Below are positions 60,305-63,509 of a DNA stretch of 63,509 nucleotides, piece by piece. The DNA comes from Candidatus Eiseniibacteriota bacterium. GTDB lineage: Bacteria > Eisenbacteria > RBG-16-71-46. The notes beneath the pieces were generated by a model. That model was not told the origin of the DNA. It worked only from the letters and a program-made list of their open reading frames with translations, and did not search any database. The DNA lies in contig CAVSAC010000016.1 of assembly GCA_963725865.1 (NCBI GenBank), forward strand, positions 1-63,509, in the 5' to 3' direction. Position numbers and translations under genes: made by a program. How positions within the stretch are numbered: position 1 is the stretch's first letter; the number at the start of each line of letters is the position of its first letter.

Positions 60305-61726
60305 ATGAAGTGCTACTCGCTGACCCACCTGTCCGACCCGGTCCTGCTCCATGCCCTGACCCAGCTCGTCGCCCAGGATCGCGTCACCACCGCCGCGATG
60401 CTCGCCCACCTCGCCGAGGTCGATGCCCGCAAGCTCTACCGGCCGGCGGCCTACCCCTCGATGTTCGCCTGGTGCGTGGGCGAGCTGGGGCTCTCCGAGG
60501 ACGCCGCAGCCAAGCGCATCCGGGCGGCGCGCATCGCACGCCAGTTTCCGGCCGTCTTCTCCATGCTTGCGGACGGCCGCCTGCACCTGAGCACGCTCGT
60601 CCTGTTGGCGCCGCATCTCACGCCTGAGTCCGCGGACGAACTGCTGGCGGCGGCGGCGAACCAGCCCAGGGCCGGGCTCGAGCAGCTACTGGCCGAGCGC
60701 TTCCCGCGGCCGGACCTGCCGACCCTGGTGCAGGCCATCACCAACGACGAACCCGCCCCGGGGCGGGTTGCGGAATTGTCATGCGAACCCGCCCCGGGGC
60801 GGGTTGAGGAGTTGTCATGCGAACTGGCCCCGGGGCCAGTTCAGGAGGATGTCAATCAACACGCCCCGGGGCGTGTTGATCAGCGCGCACGAGTGACTCC
60901 GCTCGCACCCGGCCGCTTCGCCCTGCAGGCCACCATCGATCAGACCACCCACGACAAGCTGCGCTACGCCCAGGCCCTGCTCGGGCACTCGGTTCCCTCC
61001 GGCGACCTCGCCCAGGTGTTGGACCGCGCCCTCGATGCGCTGGTCGCGAAGCTCGAGCAGCGCCGCTTCGCCGCCACCGCCCGCTCGCGAGCGGGCGGCC
61101 GGCGCCACGCGCAGGACACTCGCTACGTTCCGGCCGCCGTCCGGCGCCTGGTATGGCAGCGCGATGGCGGCCGGTGCACGTTCGTCGGCGATTCGGGCCA
61201 CCGCTGCGAAGCCCGTACGCGACTGGAGTTCGATCACATCGAGCCGTTCGCCCGCGGCGGGCAGGCGACGCCGGCGCGGATGCGCCTGCGCTGCCGGGCC
61301 CACAACCAGCTCGAGGCCGAGCGCACCTACGGCGCCGACTTCATGCGCCACAAGCGGCAGGAGGCGCGGCGCGGTACGACCGCGGCGCGCGGGACGGCGC
61401 AGGGGTGCGAGACTGCCTGGACCCACGATACCGGCCGGGCTCGTGACGCGGCGGCGGCGCAGGAGCGCGCAGTTGCCCGTGCGCTCGATCGCGAGCGTGC
61501 GGCCGCCCGGCAGGCCCGCGCGGACGAGGTGATCCCATGGCTGCGCGGACTCGGCTTCCGGGCGGACGAGGCGCGCCGCGCGGCGGCGCTGTGCGACGAC
61601 ATGCCCGACGCGCCGCTCGAGGCACGGGTCCGCGCCGCGCTCGCGAGCCTGGCGCCCTCGAGCGCACGCAAGGAGTCCGGGCACCCATCGATGGCCCGCG
61701 CTTGGTGCAGCGCCAACGGGGCATGA
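60305..61726 (+). CDS. DUF222-like HNH endonuclease domain protein
   Basis: N-terminus LAHLAEVDARKLY...YPSMFAWC...LSEDAAAKRIRAAR; YVPAAVRRLVWQRDGGRCTF...C...LEFDHIEPFARGG...CRAHN; C-terminal WLRGLGF helical domain. Confidence 0.85.
   Translation: MKCYSLTHLSDPVLLHALTQLVAQDRVTTAAMLAHLAEVDARKLYRPAAYPSMFAWCVGELGLSEDAAAKRIRAARIARQFPAVFSMLADGRLHLSTLVLLAPHLTPESADELLAAAANQPRAGLEQLLAERFPRPDLPTLVQAITNDEPAPGRVAELSCEPAPGRVEELSCELAPGPVQEDVNQHAPGRVDQRARVTPLAPGRFALQATIDQTTHDKLRYAQALLGHSVPSGDLAQVLDRALDALVAKLEQRRFAATARSRAGGRRHAQDTRYVPAAVRRLVWQRDGGRCTFVGDSGHRCEARTRLEFDHIEPFARGGQATPARMRLRCRAHNQLEAERTYGADFMRHKRQEARRGTTAARGTAQGCETAWTHDTGRARDAAAAQERAVARALDRERAAARQARADEVIPWLRGLGFRADEARRAAALCDDMPDAPLEARVRAALASLAPSSARKESGHPSMARAWCSANGA
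60750..60880. repeat. Intragenic array of four perfect palindromes (AACNNGCCCCGGGGCNNGTT) at a 36-bp period
   Basis: 20-bp cores start at 60750, 60786, 60822 and 60858; the variable NN positions co-vary so that each copy stays palindromic. Confidence 0.92.
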
Positions 61727-61851
61727 AAGCGATCAGCGGATGAGGAACCCGCTGCTCGCGTGTTTCGAGCTGCGAGGCACGAGCGGGGCACCGGCGCTCG
61801 TGGCTTCGTGTTGCGACCGCTGGCCCGCGCGCTCATCCGGGGCGCGCGGGG

Positions 61852-61875
61852 GCGGGTGCTACAGCGGGTGCTACA
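61852..61875. repeat. 12-bp tandem direct repeat, candidate integrase arm-type sites
   Basis: GCGGGTGCTACA x2, downstream of the integrase 3' end. Confidence 0.55.
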
Positions 61876-62161
61876 GGATTCCCGGCCGTGCTTCTCGCCT
61901 TCGTCCGAGCCAGATCAGAAGCCCCCCTGCCAACATTGTGGAACCAGGCCAGAGTGGGTTCGGGATCCCGTCCAGCGCAACATCAACTGCGCGACTCACA
62001 GCGTCGGAGGCAGTCTGTAGCGAAACAGCTCTGGTCGAGTCGCGCGCAAGTTCCTCGATCGGGAGGACAGTCGCCGGGTACCTGTTTCTGCGGACAATCC
62101 TGCTGTCCTGGACGAGCCACAAGTAGCCCAATACGACCAGAGCGAGCCCTATCGCGCGCAC
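61871..62161 (-). CDS. Small two-TM hypothetical protein (possible cargo); in frame with the integrase tail as sequenced
   Basis: GGAGGAGG RBS before the GTG at 62161; two hydrophobic segments; lower GC than its flanks. Confidence 0.45.
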   Translation of the reverse strand: MRAIGLALVVLGYLWLVQDSRIVRRNRYPATVLPIEELARDSTRAVSLQTASDAVSRAVDVALDGIPNPLWPGSTMLAGGLLIWLGRRREARPGIL

Positions 62162-63126
62162 GAGGCACCTCCTCCGAGCCGTCTCCGCCTCCCGCCTCAC
62201 CGCCTCGTCGCTCAGCCGCGCGTACCGCTGCGTGGTCACGACGCTGGCGTGCCCGAGGATCTGTTGCAGGGCGGCGAGACTGCCGCCCCGTTCGATCCAC
62301 TGGCACGCGAAGGTGTGCCGCAGCTGGTGGACATGGAAGCCCTCGATGCCCGTCGCCTTGCGCACGGCCTTGGCGAACGAGCCCGGCGACTTCCACGAGT
62401 ACCCGACCAGTCGGCCGACTCGGCCACGGACCTCCCGCAGCAGCTCCGGTGCGAGCGGCACCCGCCGCACCTTGCCCGACTTGGTCTGACTCACCACCAG
62501 CATGCCGCCCTCCACGTCCGACGCCTGCGCCCGCGTCAGCTCGCCCCACCGCAGGCCCGTCCCCAGCGCCAGCCGCACCACGAACCCGTGCGGCTCCGGC
62601 ATCGCCAGCACCCGCGCCGCCTCGTCCTCGCGTGAGCCGGTCCGGCGGCTGCTCCTGGAGCCTCGGCATCACCCGTCTCGGGAACGGGCACCGCTCCAGC
62701 AGCCCCACCTCCTCGCACCACCGCAGCAGGCACCGCACGTCCACCAGCATGTGCGCCACCGTCGCCGGTGCGATGGGCTTGCCCTTCCAGCCACAGCCGG
62801 TACCGCCGGATGTGGTCCGGCCCCACCTTCACCAGCGGCACGAACTGGAAGAACGGCTTCAGGTAGCGCTCGACTCGCGTCGCCGCCATCACCCGGTTCT
62901 TCTCGCTGCGCGCCGTCTGCACGTAGGTCGCGAGCCAGCGCTGCGCCGCCTCGACCACCGTGGTGCGGTCACCGACCAGCGTGCCGCCCCGTCGGATCTC
63001 GGCGAGCTTGCGACTGGCCTCGCCGTACTCCGCGCCGAGACTCCTCCAGACGTCTCGGCCGTCCACCCGCACGCGGACGTAGTACGACCGTCCGCGCTTG
63101 AACATCCCCTTCGGGAGCTTCGGCAT
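62162..63126 (-). CDS. Tyrosine recombinase/integrase; frameshifted, 3' end approximate
   Basis: MPKLPKGMFKRGRSYYVR (arm-binding-like); TGLRWGE, KSGKVR, HQLRHTFA, LGH and TQRY give the R-K-H-R-H-Y catalytic set. Confidence 0.9.
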
Positions 63127-63475
63127 CAGGCACCTACCCTTCTCGCCGAAGCCCAGCGAAGGACATCGCTGAGTGCGTACCGTATGACCCCGCCCTGAGC
63201 GGACACAAGGCAGCCCATCGCTTGCGCCGCCAGCGCTCGACCGTCTTCCAGTGCACCTGGAACATCCGTGCGACCTGCTGGACGGTGCCGAACTGCGCCG
63301 CCCGCCACGCGTCCGGCTCCGCCTCCTCGGGCTTGGGCTCCAGCACGTCGCCCTCGCCCCACTGCATCTGCGCGAAGAAGGCGTCCGCCTCCTTCGCCTG
63401 CTCCGCCTCGTACTCCTGCTCCAAGCGCTCCCAGCGCCGTTGCTCCCGCCGTTCCCTGCGCCCCTCACGCCCCAC
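63126..63475 (-). CDS. Excisionase-like HTH protein; one frameshift, start uncertain
   Basis: TVQQVARMFQVHWKTVERWRR continues in a second frame as GGVIRYALSDVLRWAS; the TGA overlaps the integrase ATG. Confidence 0.65.
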
Positions 63476-63509
63476 ACAGCCCCCACGACCCCCCGGCCCC
63501 CATGACCAG

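Larger units (their letters stand above)
61852..63509 (-). mobile_element. Left end of an integrative element (xis-int), running off the window
   Basis: Coupled xis-like and integrase genes plus a tandem arm-like repeat; no att core identified. Confidence 0.6.

Noticed and set aside
60750..60880. The 36-bp periodic array read as a CRISPR or TIGR array
   Set aside because: The linkers are only 16 bp and the first two are nearly identical. The array is in frame inside a CDS. There are no cas genes, and I do not recognise a Nop domain in the host protein.

Overview
This is a bacterial window made of two different blocks. Positions 1 to ~3810 are visibly lower in GC and heavily frameshifted, encoding a Ser/Thr kinase-PQQ-propeller protein, a CvpA-CAP protein and a YtkA/FixH-like protein. 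They join abruptly into the middle of a membrane dipeptidase gene, which is most likely a chimeric join. The rest is very GC-rich chromosome with patchy frameshifts that look like long-read errors. It carries peptide uptake and degradation genes (OPT, two POT transporters, M1 and M19 peptidases, a TPR-HEXXH protein), alpha-glucan enzymes (malQ, GH31, GH13), signalling genes, an aminotransferase-pckA pair, a DUF222-like HNH gene and the edge of a tyrosine-integrase element. Several secreted proteins end in FlgD-Ig-like or 'WGxLKxxYR' C-termini, which suggests Ca. Eisenbacteria or a relative (inference). The three strongest leads are: (1) four perfect, co-varying DNA palindromes at an exact 36-bp period inside the HNH coding sequence; (2) an ECF sigma / exported CHAT protease / double-zinc-finger anti-sigma module, with an identical TAAACG-N15-CGACGAG promoter-like motif in front of both the anti-sigma gene and a secreted beta-propeller gene; (3) a structured leader that could hide the ribosome-binding site of an ankyrin gene. 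No tRNA, rRNA or CRISPR array was recognised. All family calls come from motif recognition by eye, not from database searches, and coordinates of frameshifted genes are approximate.
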